IMG/VR virus record: IMGVR_UViG_3300005805_000050
Coordinates: 32,001-96,000 of that record
From: a virus
Length of the DNA stretch: 64,000 nt
Strand: one strand, 5' to 3'
Of this stretch, positions 19,403-29,528 are shown piece after piece; within the stretch, counting starts at the first letter, position 1, and each line of letters begins with the position of its first letter. The position numbers and the translations under genes were made by a program. The notes below the pieces were generated by a model. It was not told the DNA's origin and ran no database searches. It was given only the letters and a program-made list of their open reading frames with translations.

Positions 19403-22400
19403 ATGTCTTGGACCGCCCTAAATAGTGTTATAGGCGTACCTATACGAGATTACGTAAAGAGACAGCTAAAGACCCGCGTAGAGACAACAATCAAGTCGAT
19501 TAGGGGCGAAGATACGGTAAAATATTTCGCAAATAAATCTAGTTGGGTAAGATTAGTTTCATCGGTAGATCTTATGAAAACTTACAACGTGCCAGGATTG
19601 AGAGGCTACGAAGGCTCGTATTTAGCTAAAGATTTCGTACTTCACGGTGGAACTAGTAAATACAATTTCGCTTACAGTATAGACAATAGCAACACAAACG
19701 ATGGCCCAAGACTGGAAGAGTCTTTCACTGGCTACAAACTGAGGTCTGGATTCTCTGAAACCTACGGAATGTTGGGCCCTGAAGAAGTAAAAAATTACGG
19801 ATACGTTCCAATGCCTGGTATAACAAGCGTACAGATAGCCCAACAAGGTAGACTGGGATCGCTAAAGCAGGCCACAGTGCAATTTAGAGTAAACAGCAAG
19901 CAACAACTTGATATCATAGACGCGTTATACTTTAGGCCCGGATTTTCTGCACTGTTGGAGTGGGGAAACACAATGTACTTCGACAACGAGGGAAACCTAA
20001 AATCTTCGGAAGATTACACAATCGATCCATTCGCATCTAACTACGACGTAGACACATTGAGATCCCAGATCGTAGAGAACAACATAATGTCCAATGGAAA
20101 TTACGACGCCCTAATAGGAGTCATAACGCAATATAATTTCAGTTTTCAAGCGAACTCTGGATACAATTGTACGCTAACGATCGTGGGATTGGGAATATTG
20201 GGAGAGAGCATTCGAATGAACAATGCGGCGGGAATGTACCCAGACATATTGGAATCGAACGCCAATATTTTAGCTGAACTTAAAAAGAGGCTAGAAAACA
20301 AAAAGAGGGCTGAATTGGTGGCAGCAGAATTAGAAAAGGTTGGAGATTTTGGTACTACAGTACAAGTTAAAAACTTGATCAATAACACCACAAAACTTAC
20401 AGGTGTTAATGAAGTGGTACGAAAAAACAACTCTTTTGTAGCTGAGTTATCTGATTACATTGTTAAATACAAAAATAATGAGTATTTAATTATTCAAAGA
20501 GTAGGTAGCGCTAATGCTAATAATGATCAAATTATATTGCCTATACCGGCTCTATCAACAGAAGAAGCCGTAGGACAGGAATTACAATCCGCTGTAATAT
20601 CTATTGACAATCTAACAGGAGTTAATCTGAGTGCCACCGGTAACTCCGTTGATAAAGTGGTAGAAGAAATTACAAGAAATGGTCCAGACAGTGTAAATCC
20701 CGGCCTTGCAACATCAGCTCAGTATAAACTTCAAAGAACCGCCGTGTCCGTCCCAGGACCGTTTACGAATAATACGCTTGATTACTTCATTACAAAAGGA
20801 TTGGGAGGAAACGGTTTTTATTACTATGGAAGTAGAGGATTGTACGCTTCGAATGTTACTGATTCGGAAATTAACAAAGATTATAACGGCGTCCCCGGGC
20901 CCGTAAACGCGTCAGCAGCTGTAGAATGCGATTTTTATAAATTTAGAGCGCAATTAAATTATCAAATAGAGGGCGATCCCACTTACTATATAAGAATAAC
21001 AAGCTCTCCCATTGAAAACGTTGATTCCAGCACAGGATATAGTCAACCTAATCAAATCATAAGATTTCCCAACCTCCAATCGAAAGAATTTTATGGACCA
21101 AAGCCAAATCCCACAATTATTCAAAATGTTGGATCAGATAACATCGAAAACACGTCTTATCCTGTAATATTAAAACAAAAACAAAATAAGTCTCCGTTGT
21201 ATGTCAGTCCTAAAGACGGCGTGGACGAATTCGAGATAGACGGGACAGCCTTAACAAATAAAATATTCAAAGAGGTGTTAACGGGGGGAGCCCAAGGAAC
21301 ACTACAAGTAATTCGTTCCGTGGGAAAAACAGCCAAAGACTCTAGACTCGTATTTAGGATTAAAGGCGTAAAAATACCTTTACAGGATTTATATAGCACG
21401 CATCAAAAAAGCAGAGGCCTAAGTACTGAATTCTCAGTATCTGAGAACGGAGGGGTGACCAATTATAAGTATTTTGTTGGTAAACCGTACATGTATGTAG
21501 ACATTGAATTCAACGATAGTGCTCTCATAACGAGAACGACGCCTCCAACAAATGAATTAGCTACAGATCTAGGAGTAAGTCAATTAACACTAGTGTCGAA
21601 TCTAGATGACGAAAAAAAGTTACAAGATGCCGCCACAAAAGAAGCCAAAGCCTCCGCCGAGAAGAAAGTACCGCCGGTAAACGTTAGCGAAATAACAAAG
21701 TCAGAGGCTTCCAGGTACAGCTCTCACATAGAGCTGATGTTGAGATCCATCCAGCTTTACTCCTACGCGTCCATAGTACAAACTTACAAAGACGCGGCGC
21801 AGGGTGTCATTAACAATATGATCTCCACGAAATTCTTATCGAAACAACATCAAAAGTTTTTGTATAGGCTGTTCTCTAACGGAGCTTTAGAGAGATTGAG
21901 AGGGAGCGTAGCTGACATAAACAAGGACGCTGAAGCGTACAAAAAAATGTTCGCTGCTCCGAAATTTGATAGCTACGATGATTTTAAGAAAGATCCAAGC
22001 AACAAATACTTGTTAGAATCCTATTTTGGTTTTTGTAAGGCACTCATGGCGAAACCTACAAAAAACCAATACGAAGAGTATGTGGCTGGAGAGTTGAAAG
22101 ACATAGAGATAGATTACGCGTCTCTTCTACAAAGCATAGTAATACCGTACAACCAAAGTCAAGGAATGTCTAGTGACTCTGCGGCTTTACCGTATCCGTG
22201 TTACATGCCTTTCGGATTTTTCATGTGCTTGATTAACCACGTCTGTTTGCTCTACGAAAACAAACAAAAAGAGAAAAACAAACCGCTTGTATACGTGGAC
22301 TTCAATCCACAGACAAACGTTTGTATGAAGCTTCCAAGCACCGTTTCTACGAATCCTTACATGTTCATGGTGCCTTTTGAGGGCACAAATGCAGATTATA

Positions 22401-23950
22401 GGAAGATATTCGACAGCAGCATATTGAACCAAGCCGGAACTTTTTTCAAACCTAAAGTAGATGAAAACGATAAAGAAGAAGCCGCGGTACCGTTGCATGA
22501 CTTTGAAAAGAAGAATAAGATATCTCAAAACCTCATAGCAGAAAAACTGGGTTTTATGGATAACGTGGGCCAAGGGGGAAATTATCGGGGAAAAATAATG
22601 AACGTTTTGGTCAACATTGATTATTTATTGCGTGTACTGAAGAGTAAGATATCCCAAAACGAAACTAATACGTTGGTGTTAAAGGGCACTTTAGAACAGA
22701 TAGTTTCTGACATGAACAAAACTCTAGGTAACGTTAATTTTTATAGAGTAGCATACAGCGATGAATCGAACTGCTTCTACATATCGGATGACCAAAGAGT
22801 GCCCACAAAAACGGTAAAAGGTACGGACGATACAGAAACTTTCTATACTTTTCCCATATACGGTAAGCACAGTCTATGTGAAAGTTTCGACATAAAGACT
22901 GAGATAAATAATCGTTTGGGCAATCTCATAGCCATTTCAGCGAACTCTACTATAGAAACTCAAGCCACTGCAGGTAAAGATGCGACAGCGTTTGGACAAG
23001 CGAGCGTAGGAATGTTCAAAGACAGGTACAAAAACGAAATACACTCCGTAAACGACATAAAAACAGAAAACAAAAATAAAGGAGACACCAAAGAAGAGAA
23101 GAAGAATATTCAAAACGCCACAATCAACGCTGCGATACAATTCAATGCGGCGATGGAAGCTTTTTACTCTGGTGATTTTGGAAAAAACAATAGCGCAATA
23201 GCAACGGAAGAAAAAGCAGAACAAGCCACAAACTACTTGATAGACGGTTTAGCGAAGGTCAAAGCAAATGACGAAGTAAGCAAATCCTCAGCTATGATAC
23301 CGATAAACATATCTTTCACCATGGATGGAATATCTGGCTTATCAATGGGTTCTGCGTTTCTTGTAGATGAACAGGTATTACCGTATTCTTACAATAGACC
23401 CATGGGAGACAGAAAGCCGGGTTTCATAGTGACAGGCACTGATCATGCTTTAGACGGCAACAGGTGGAAAACAACAGTTAAGGGTAGCATGATGTATTTA
23501 AGCGAAATTTATCCTGATACAAAAGCCGAGGTACAGGGCGAGAAGGCGGCGCAAAGCGAGGGACCTGGAAAAAAAGAGCCACCCTATCCAAACCGATTCG
23601 ACCTAGGAGTAAATCCCGAGGTGACAAAATTAGAAAAAGATCTTAAAGCCATTTATAAAGATAGAGTTAACACTGTTGGAATTTGGGGAGATTCTAGTCA
23701 CCAACAAAGACGGAGCGATCACAATGAAGGAAACGCTCTCGATACGAGTATAATATCTCCTACAGGGGTTGTTGATACTGCTTTAGGAAACGAAATCGCT
23801 CAAAAAATAATAAACGAAGCCGACAAACGCAGCGTAACGTACATCATATTTAACAAACGTGAATGGACACGCAAAAGGGGTTGGCACCCGTATACAGGAG
23901 ATAATCCTCATGTAACACACGTTCACACAAGCTTCAAGAGAAACACATAA
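19403..23950 (+). CDS. Large baseplate hub protein with a C-terminal zinc (M15/LAS-type) peptidase-like domain
   Basis: N-terminal PMPGITSV..LLEWG hub-like region. C-terminal SDHNEGNALD (H-x6-D) and HVHTS (HxH). Confidence 0.65.
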   Translation: MSWTALNSVIGVPIRDYVKRQLKTRVETTIKSIRGEDTVKYFANKSSWVRLVSSVDLMKTYNVPGLRGYEGSYLAKDFVLHGGTSKYNFAYSIDNSNTNDGPRLEESFTGYKLRSGFSETYGMLGPEEVKNYGYVPMPGITSVQIAQQGRLGSLKQATVQFRVNSKQQLDIIDALYFRPGFSALLEWGNTMYFDNEGNLKSSEDYTIDPFASNYDVDTLRSQIVENNIMSNGNYDALIGVITQYNFSFQANSGYNCTLTIVGLGILGESIRMNNAAGMYPDILESNANILAELKKRLENKKRAELVAAELEKVGDFGTTVQVKNLINNTTKLTGVNEVVRKNNSFVAELSDYIVKYKNNEYLIIQRVGSANANNDQIILPIPALSTEEAVGQELQSAVISIDNLTGVNLSATGNSVDKVVEEITRNGPDSVNPGLATSAQYKLQRTAVSVPGPFTNNTLDYFITKGLGGNGFYYYGSRGLYASNVTDSEINKDYNGVPGPVNASAAVECDFYKFRAQLNYQIEGDPTYYIRITSSPIENVDSSTGYSQPNQIIRFPNLQSKEFYGPKPNPTIIQNVGSDNIENTSYPVILKQKQNKSPLYVSPKDGVDEFEIDGTALTNKIFKEVLTGGAQGTLQVIRSVGKTAKDSRLVFRIKGVKIPLQDLYSTHQKSRGLSTEFSVSENGGVTNYKYFVGKPYMYVDIEFNDSALITRTTPPTNELATDLGVSQLTLVSNLDDEKKLQDAATKEAKASAEKKVPPVNVSEITKSEASRYSSHIELMLRSIQLYSYASIVQTYKDAAQGVINNMISTKFLSKQHQKFLYRLFSNGALERLRGSVADINKDAEAYKKMFAAPKFDSYDDFKKDPSNKYLLESYFGFCKALMAKPTKNQYEEYVAGELKDIEIDYASLLQSIVIPYNQSQGMSSDSAALPYPCYMPFGFFMCLINHVCLLYENKQKEKNKPLVYVDFNPQTNVCMKLPSTVSTNPYMFMVPFEGTNADYRKIFDSSILNQAGTFFKPKVDENDKEEAAVPLHDFEKKNKISQNLIAEKLGFMDNVGQGGNYRGKIMNVLVNIDYLLRVLKSKISQNETNTLVLKGTLEQIVSDMNKTLGNVNFYRVAYSDESNCFYISDDQRVPTKTVKGTDDTETFYTFPIYGKHSLCESFDIKTEINNRLGNLIAISANSTIETQATAGKDATAFGQASVGMFKDRYKNEIHSVNDIKTENKNKGDTKEEKKNIQNATINAAIQFNAAMEAFYSGDFGKNNSAIATEEKAEQATNYLIDGLAKVKANDEVSKSSAMIPINISFTMDGISGLSMGSAFLVDEQVLPYSYNRPMGDRKPGFIVTGTDHALDGNRWKTTVKGSMMYLSEIYPDTKAEVQGEKAAQSEGPGKKEPPYPNRFDLGVNPEVTKLEKDLKAIYKDRVNTVGIWGDSSHQQRRSDHNEGNALDTSIISPTGVVDTALGNEIAQKIINEADKRSVTYIIFNKREWTRKRGWHPYTGDNPHVTHVHTSFKRNT

Positions 23951-23952
23951 AC

Positions 23953-24753
23953 ATGTTTAGATACTATCCTACATTCACAATAAAGCAGAACCTAATCACT
24001 CGACCCGGGGAATTTCTTGTTAACGGCGCCCCGTACAACGGATTGTATTACGAGACATTCGACGGACAGTATTACAGCGGAGCAAATCCCGCCGAAGGAC
24101 CTAACGAAAAACTCACTCGTCTCAATACGGGAGATGGATCACAAACATCCGCAGAGTACCTACAAATGCAAGATAGTACTAGCATGCAAAATGCGACTAG
24201 TTACACGCAAGGAGATAAACTATTGTACGAAGGATCTCCTTACACTGGCGCGTATTACGAAGACGCCAACGGCAAATACCGCACTATGGATGGAAAAGAA
24301 CTAGAACTAGCGAATCCAGCGGAAAAGGCCCAAAAAGAAGCAAACAAATTTAATACTCTCGCGAACATAGAAAAAAGAAATTCGCTTGGATTCACCGGCC
24401 AACCCACTTCTTATCAACCTAGACCCCTCGATGAAGATTTTTTGAAGGGATTTTTTACCCGATACTTCGTAAAAAAAATCAACGAACGAGGATACGTAGT
24501 AGAGATATCGGAGGAAGAATACGCTGCCATAAACAATGGCACTGTAAAATACGACGTGAGCTACTATCAAACAACAAAACTAGTCTGGAAACTTACGGGA
24601 CCGTTGGAAACCCAGAGACTTTCGCAGTACGATATCAGAGCAGGCATAATAGACACGAACAAGAGAAACGTTGAGAACTTGAACAAAACGTTTATTGGTA
24701 TTAAAACATTTATAGGAGACGAGTACGCTAAATTTGCTGTACCAAATAAATAG
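23953..24753 (+). CDS. Hypothetical virion protein with an internal G-x-P-Y-x-G-x-YY repeat
   Basis: GAPYNGLYYETFDGQY and GSPYTGAYYEDANGKY; last gene of the tail operon. Confidence 0.55.
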   Translation: MFRYYPTFTIKQNLITRPGEFLVNGAPYNGLYYETFDGQYYSGANPAEGPNEKLTRLNTGDGSQTSAEYLQMQDSTSMQNATSYTQGDKLLYEGSPYTGAYYEDANGKYRTMDGKELELANPAEKAQKEANKFNTLANIEKRNSLGFTGQPTSYQPRPLDEDFLKGFFTRYFVKKINERGYVVEISEEEYAAINNGTVKYDVSYYQTTKLVWKLTGPLETQRLSQYDIRAGIIDTNKRNVENLNKTFIGIKTFIGDEYAKFAVPNK

Positions 24754-24802
24754 AATGTCCTAGCTACGGGTATTTTCGTATATTGCGTAAAAGGTTTTGA
24801 CA

Positions 24803-26095
24803 ATGCATTTCTTAATAGAAAACAGTACACAGTTTGAAAAACTAACACCACAAAACGAGTGTTTTGTACAGGTGGTGCCCCTGAGTTACGCTTATCACCC
24901 CAAGTTGACATCTATCTCTGTGATTTACTACAGAAGCATAGACAAGGGTTATATATTCAGCATAAAACACTCTGAGACAGAATCATTAGAGCTTCAATCG
25001 GTGTTGGACTTCATATCTAAGCACGACAAAGTTTTTGTACTTGACAAAAAATTCCATTCTTACTTCTTGAATCCTAAAAATCTGGTTGATGTGTTCTTCT
25101 GCTTGAAAGAAAATTCAAACCGAGTAGATTTCAAAACTTCAATACAGTTGGAGTACGAACTGAAATACTTCGACAGATCCGATACAAACGCGCTGATTCC
25201 CGTTGGCAAGCACTACGAACACCTCGAGAATGTTTTCGAATACTATAAAGGTAACTTTTTTAAGTGTGAAAATTGGGAGGATTTGAGTAACGTCATAGAC
25301 TCTTACTTCTACGTAGAGAATAATTCCATAGGCGTCAATGAATCGTTCTTCGATGTGTACACAGTGAACAATAAGAAACACTCTTACGACGGTAAGGGCT
25401 TGTATACGCACTACAACATGTACAACCAAACTGGTAGACCCACTAACACTTTCAACGGGGTGAACTTTGTGGCAATACCTAAGGACGAAGAACACAGGAG
25501 TTGCATAATTCCCCAAAACGAATACTTTGTTGAATACGATTTTGACGGTTATCATGTTAGACTCATAGCAAATAAGTTGGGCGTGAAACTGCCCGAAACT
25601 TCCATTCACGAGTACTTGGGAAAACAGTACTTCAATAAAGAGAAATTGACCGAAGAGGACTACAAAGCTTCAAAAACAATAACCTTCAGACAACTTTATG
25701 GAGGCGTCATGGAAGAATACAGTCACATAGATCTATTCAAAAAGATGGGACAATTCATAAAAGATCTGTGGGAATCTTATGACAACAACAAATTCATCAA
25801 GCTTCCCACGGGATCTACTCTGTACTACAATAAAGAGATGACACCGTTAAAGGTCTTCAATTACTACGTACAGAACATGGAGACCAAAAACAACTCTGAC
25901 CGGGTAAAACTAGTTAGAGAGATATTGAAGGGAAAGAAGACAAAACTCGTACTCATAACGTACGATGCGTTCCTGTTCGACTTCGATTGTGCAGATGGCA
26001 AGGACCTTCTACTCTCTATAAAATCTGCCTTAGAGACCGGTGGTTACCCTACTAAGCACAAATACGGAAAAAACTACTTTTTACAACAATCTTAA
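24803..26095 (+). CDS. Short divergent family A DNA polymerase-like protein (start placed at ATG 24803)
   Basis: TGRPTN..N.VAIP, motif A EYDFDGYHVR, motif B SKTITFRQLYG and motif C LITYDAFLFD. Confidence 0.8.
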   Translation: MHFLIENSTQFEKLTPQNECFVQVVPLSYAYHPKLTSISVIYYRSIDKGYIFSIKHSETESLELQSVLDFISKHDKVFVLDKKFHSYFLNPKNLVDVFFCLKENSNRVDFKTSIQLEYELKYFDRSDTNALIPVGKHYEHLENVFEYYKGNFFKCENWEDLSNVIDSYFYVENNSIGVNESFFDVYTVNNKKHSYDGKGLYTHYNMYNQTGRPTNTFNGVNFVAIPKDEEHRSCIIPQNEYFVEYDFDGYHVRLIANKLGVKLPETSIHEYLGKQYFNKEKLTEEDYKASKTITFRQLYGGVMEEYSHIDLFKKMGQFIKDLWESYDNNKFIKLPTGSTLYYNKEMTPLKVFNYYVQNMETKNNSDRVKLVREILKGKKTKLVLITYDAFLFDFDCADGKDLLLSIKSALETGGYPTKHKYGKNYFLQQS

Positions 26096-26096
26096 T

Positions 26097-26105
26097 ATAT
26101 TTATA
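26097..26105 (+). promoter_or_regulatory. ATATTTATA motif
   Basis: Exact motif just 4 nt before ATG 26110, implying a very short leader if it is a promoter. Confidence 0.45.
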
Positions 26106-26109
26106 GGTA

Positions 26110-26541
26110 ATGGTTGCGGAATTTGAAAACATAGAATTGACACAAGAGATGTTAAAAAATAAACTATTCTGTACCTTTACCACAGAAGAAAAGTTAGAAG
26201 AGCTTATAGAGAGCATAGGTAAAGAGTACAAGGTTCTCTACAACAAGATATTCGTCCTGTCCTCGCCGGACTCTAAAGAGTTACTGTGCACATACAATAT
26301 AGATACAGAGAATTCACAGCCCAGGATAATGAAGAATACGATCCTGGTTCATCGAAAGAAGGACACTAATACATTGTACACAATAAATTCTCTCAACGCC
26401 CTGATCATGGAGTTGAACGGAGGAGTGCTTGACACTAAGTACGCCATAAATTGGGAGGATTACAAGAATTCCATTCTGCTGGTACAGGACTCGAAATTTA
26501 GAAAGCTCAATACGCAAGTAAAGAAAATTGTGAACTTGTAA
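26110..26541 (+). CDS. Hypothetical protein
   Basis: 143 aa clean ORF between the short PolA and SSB genes. Confidence 0.75.
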   Translation: MVAEFENIELTQEMLKNKLFCTFTTEEKLEELIESIGKEYKVLYNKIFVLSSPDSKELLCTYNIDTENSQPRIMKNTILVHRKKDTNTLYTINSLNALIMELNGGVLDTKYAINWEDYKNSILLVQDSKFRKLNTQVKKIVNL

Positions 26542-26602
26542 GATAAATTTACATGTTCGAACATAAAAGGTTATATTCACTTAATTAAAACACGTTACGA
26601 CT

Positions 26603-27385
26603 ATGGACATTTCCCAGTTACGGAGCAGACTTGCATCCCTGCAGAATCCGAAAGGTTCTCAAAAAGGCGAGTTAAAGAAAACCCTATGGTCACCTACCGT
26701 AGGTAAACATTCGGTGCGCTTGGTTCCTTCCGCGTACAACAAATCGAATCCATTCAAGGAACTCTATTTCCACTACGAATTCGGCAAAACGATGATCGCT
26801 CTCACCAACTTCGGTGAAAAAGATCCCATCGTTGAGTTCGCTCAAGGCTTGCGTAAGTCCTCCAACAAAGAGGATTGGCAATTGGCTAAGAAGCTCGAGC
26901 CGAAGATGAGAATTTTCGCTCCTGTAATTGTACGTGGCGAAGAAGAGAAAGGCGTTCTTTTATGGGGATTCGGTAAGCAAATCTACATGGATCTGCTGTC
27001 GATCGCGGAAGACGAAGACGTAGGCGACTACACCGATCCTCTGCAAGGTCGCGATATTACCATCGAGACTCTTGACAAATCGAGCACCGGTCTGACTTAC
27101 GATAAGTCTACCGTTCGCATTCGCACAAAAGTCACTCCGCTTTCTGAGAGCGGTGACCAGATCAAAAAGTGGTTGACGGAACAACCCGATCCCACTACGC
27201 AGTTCAAACGCTACTCTTACGATGAGATGAAAGCTGCACTGCTCGCTTACTTGAATCCTGAGAACGAGGCCGAGGTGGCAGCAGCCACTCCTGCACCGCC
27301 CGAGGAATCAAAGCCGCAGAAGTTCAGTCTGAGCACAACGCCCGCTGAAACTAACAAAAAAATAGACGATCTGTTTGACTTCTAA
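26603..27385 (+). CDS. Single-stranded DNA-binding protein (T4 gp32-like)
   Basis: NPFKELYFHY, DPIVEFA, LLWGFGKQIY, DYTDPLQGRDITIE and acidic tail IDDLFDF. Confidence 0.85.
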   Translation: MDISQLRSRLASLQNPKGSQKGELKKTLWSPTVGKHSVRLVPSAYNKSNPFKELYFHYEFGKTMIALTNFGEKDPIVEFAQGLRKSSNKEDWQLAKKLEPKMRIFAPVIVRGEEEKGVLLWGFGKQIYMDLLSIAEDEDVGDYTDPLQGRDITIETLDKSSTGLTYDKSTVRIRTKVTPLSESGDQIKKWLTEQPDPTTQFKRYSYDEMKAALLAYLNPENEAEVAAATPAPPEESKPQKFSLSTTPAETNKKIDDLFDF

Positions 27386-27387
27386 TC

Positions 27388-27410
27388 AAAGCCCCGAAAG
27401 GGGCTTTTTT
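27388..27410 (+). terminator. Rho-independent terminator
   Basis: AAAGCCCC-gaaa-GGGGCTTT followed by a T tract. Confidence 0.9.
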
Positions 27411-27417
27411 AACACTT

Positions 27418-28503
27418 ATGGCAAAAAAAGCAAGCTTAAATGACGCTGTGTCCGCAGCAGTAAAGGACAAATCGCAATTCAACCTTGATAACTTCAAGAA
27501 GGGTAAGAATCTAAACACAGTATCCGTAAAATTCAAGGATCAACGGTGGATTACCTTATCGAAAGCTTTTCAAGACACATTGCAAATCCCTGGAATTCCC
27601 ATGGGACATATCACGCTCCTACGCGGTCACTCTGATACTGGCAAAACCACTGCTATGTTGGAAGCCGCAATTCAGTGCCAAAAGGCCGGAGTTCTACCCA
27701 TTCTGATAATCACAGAGATGAAGTGGTCGTGGGAACACGCAAAGGAAATGGGACTTCAATTTGAAGAAGTGCCTGATACCGATACAGGCGAGATCATAGA
27801 CTACAAAGGGTTCTTCCTCTACATCGATAGGGAAAAACTCAATTGCATAGAAGACGTTAGCGCTTTCATCATGGATATTCTTGACGAACAGAAGCGCGGT
27901 AATCTTCCTTACGATCTGTGTTTCTTCTGGGATTCGGTTGGATCCATACCATGTAGATTGTCCATAGAATCGAATAAGAACAACAACGAGTGGAACGCAG
28001 GCGCAATGTCGCAGCAGTTCGGTAACTTCGTAAACCAGAAGATTGTGATGTCAAGGAAAGAAAGCTCTCCTTACACTAATACGTTTGTGGCTGTGAACAA
28101 AGTTTGGGTAGCAAAACCCGAAACTATCATGAGTCAGCCTAAGATGAAGAACAAAGGTGGAGACACAATGTTCTTTGACTCCTCGCTAGTCATCACGTTC
28201 GGAAATGTTACAAACTCAGGCACAAGCAAACTCAAGGCCACAAAGGGTGGAAAAGAGATTGAGTTCGCTAAGCGGACTAAAGTAAGTTGCGATAAGAATC
28301 ACGTGACTGGAGTTACTGGAGTTGGAAGAATAATCGTCACCGTACACGGCTTCATTCCAGAGGAAAAGAAAGCATTGGAAGATTACAAGAAGGCATACTC
28401 ACACCAGTGGTTAAAAGTGTTAGGATCTAAAGACTTTGAAGTTATCGAAGAAGAGGATACTTCACAAGCAGCAGACATATTTGACAATTCAGAAAACGAC
28501 TAA
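27418..28503 (+). CDS. RecA/UvsX-like recombinase
   Basis: Walker A GHSDTGKT, Walker B FFWDSVGS and MKNKGG..MFFDSSL. Confidence 0.85.
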   Translation: MAKKASLNDAVSAAVKDKSQFNLDNFKKGKNLNTVSVKFKDQRWITLSKAFQDTLQIPGIPMGHITLLRGHSDTGKTTAMLEAAIQCQKAGVLPILIITEMKWSWEHAKEMGLQFEEVPDTDTGEIIDYKGFFLYIDREKLNCIEDVSAFIMDILDEQKRGNLPYDLCFFWDSVGSIPCRLSIESNKNNNEWNAGAMSQQFGNFVNQKIVMSRKESSPYTNTFVAVNKVWVAKPETIMSQPKMKNKGGDTMFFDSSLVITFGNVTNSGTSKLKATKGGKEIEFAKRTKVSCDKNHVTGVTGVGRIIVTVHGFIPEEKKALEDYKKAYSHQWLKVLGSKDFEVIEEEDTSQAADIFDNSEND

Positions 28504-29528
28504 TGACTCCCGAACAGAAGAAGATATTCGACTCCCTGTCGTCTAAAGAAGTTCCTGAAGAAAAGTTGTCTTTACACAGCCGGGTTCTCATAGTGGATTC
28601 TTTGAATACATTCATGAGGGCCTTCGCTGTGATAAGGCACGTGAATCACAATCTAACTCCCATCGGGGGTTTGACAGGATTTCTTAGATCTATGGCTTAC
28701 GCTATAAATCTAGTAAGACCCACAAGAGTGATAGCAGTGTTTGACGGTCAAGGATCGTCGACGAATAAGAGGTACATATACCCAGAGTACAAAGCAAATA
28801 GACATCTCCGCCGCATAACAAACTGGGACCATTTCGAAAGTCAAGAGGCCGAATCAGAGGCGATAATCAATCAAGTGGTAAGACTCGTAGAGTATCTAAA
28901 GTGTTTACCTGTGGACATGATTACTATAGATAAGATCGAAGCAGATGATGTTATAGGATACATGGCTCAGAGAGTTGGACAAGATACAACGATTATGTCA
29001 AGTGATAGGGATTACCTACAGCTAGTAAGCGACAGAGTCACTGTGTTTTCTCCTACGAAAAAGAAATTTTACACACCTAAGATGGTGCTGGAAGAATATG
29101 GAGTCACGCCAGAAAATTTCCTAATACAGAAGATGCTGCTAGGAGATTCAGGCGACAACGTACCAGGAGTTCAGGGACTTGGACCAAAAACACTAATAAA
29201 AGAATTCCCAGAATTGGGAGGTAAAGATCGAGTTTCGTTAAACGAGATCCTTACAAAGTGTAAAGAGGGAAAGAAAAAGGTGCACGGATCCATTAGAAAC
29301 TTTGAACGTCAACTCGAAGTAAACAAGCTTCTAATGGACCTAGAAAATCCTAACATACCCGAAGAAGGAATAAAAGAGATAGAATCTTGCATACTCGAAC
29401 CGTATAAGCAGTTTAATTCGCTGGAATTTGTCAGATTGTATAACGAAGATGATTTAGGAAACAGCATTCCAAACGTACAGAACTGGCTCTTCAATCATTT
29501 TCACACACTATCAAAATATAAAGAATGA
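28503..29528 (+). CDS. 5'-3' exonuclease / flap endonuclease (T4 RNase H-like)
   Basis: LIVDSLN, AVFDG, YPEYKANR, EADDVIG, SSDRDYLQL and GDSGDNVPGV.GLGPKT. Confidence 0.92.
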   Translation: MTPEQKKIFDSLSSKEVPEEKLSLHSRVLIVDSLNTFMRAFAVIRHVNHNLTPIGGLTGFLRSMAYAINLVRPTRVIAVFDGQGSSTNKRYIYPEYKANRHLRRITNWDHFESQEAESEAIINQVVRLVEYLKCLPVDMITIDKIEADDVIGYMAQRVGQDTTIMSSDRDYLQLVSDRVTVFSPTKKKFYTPKMVLEEYGVTPENFLIQKMLLGDSGDNVPGVQGLGPKTLIKEFPELGGKDRVSLNEILTKCKEGKKKVHGSIRNFERQLEVNKLLMDLENPNIPEEGIKEIESCILEPYKQFNSLEFVRLYNEDDLGNSIPNVQNWLFNHFHTLSKYKE

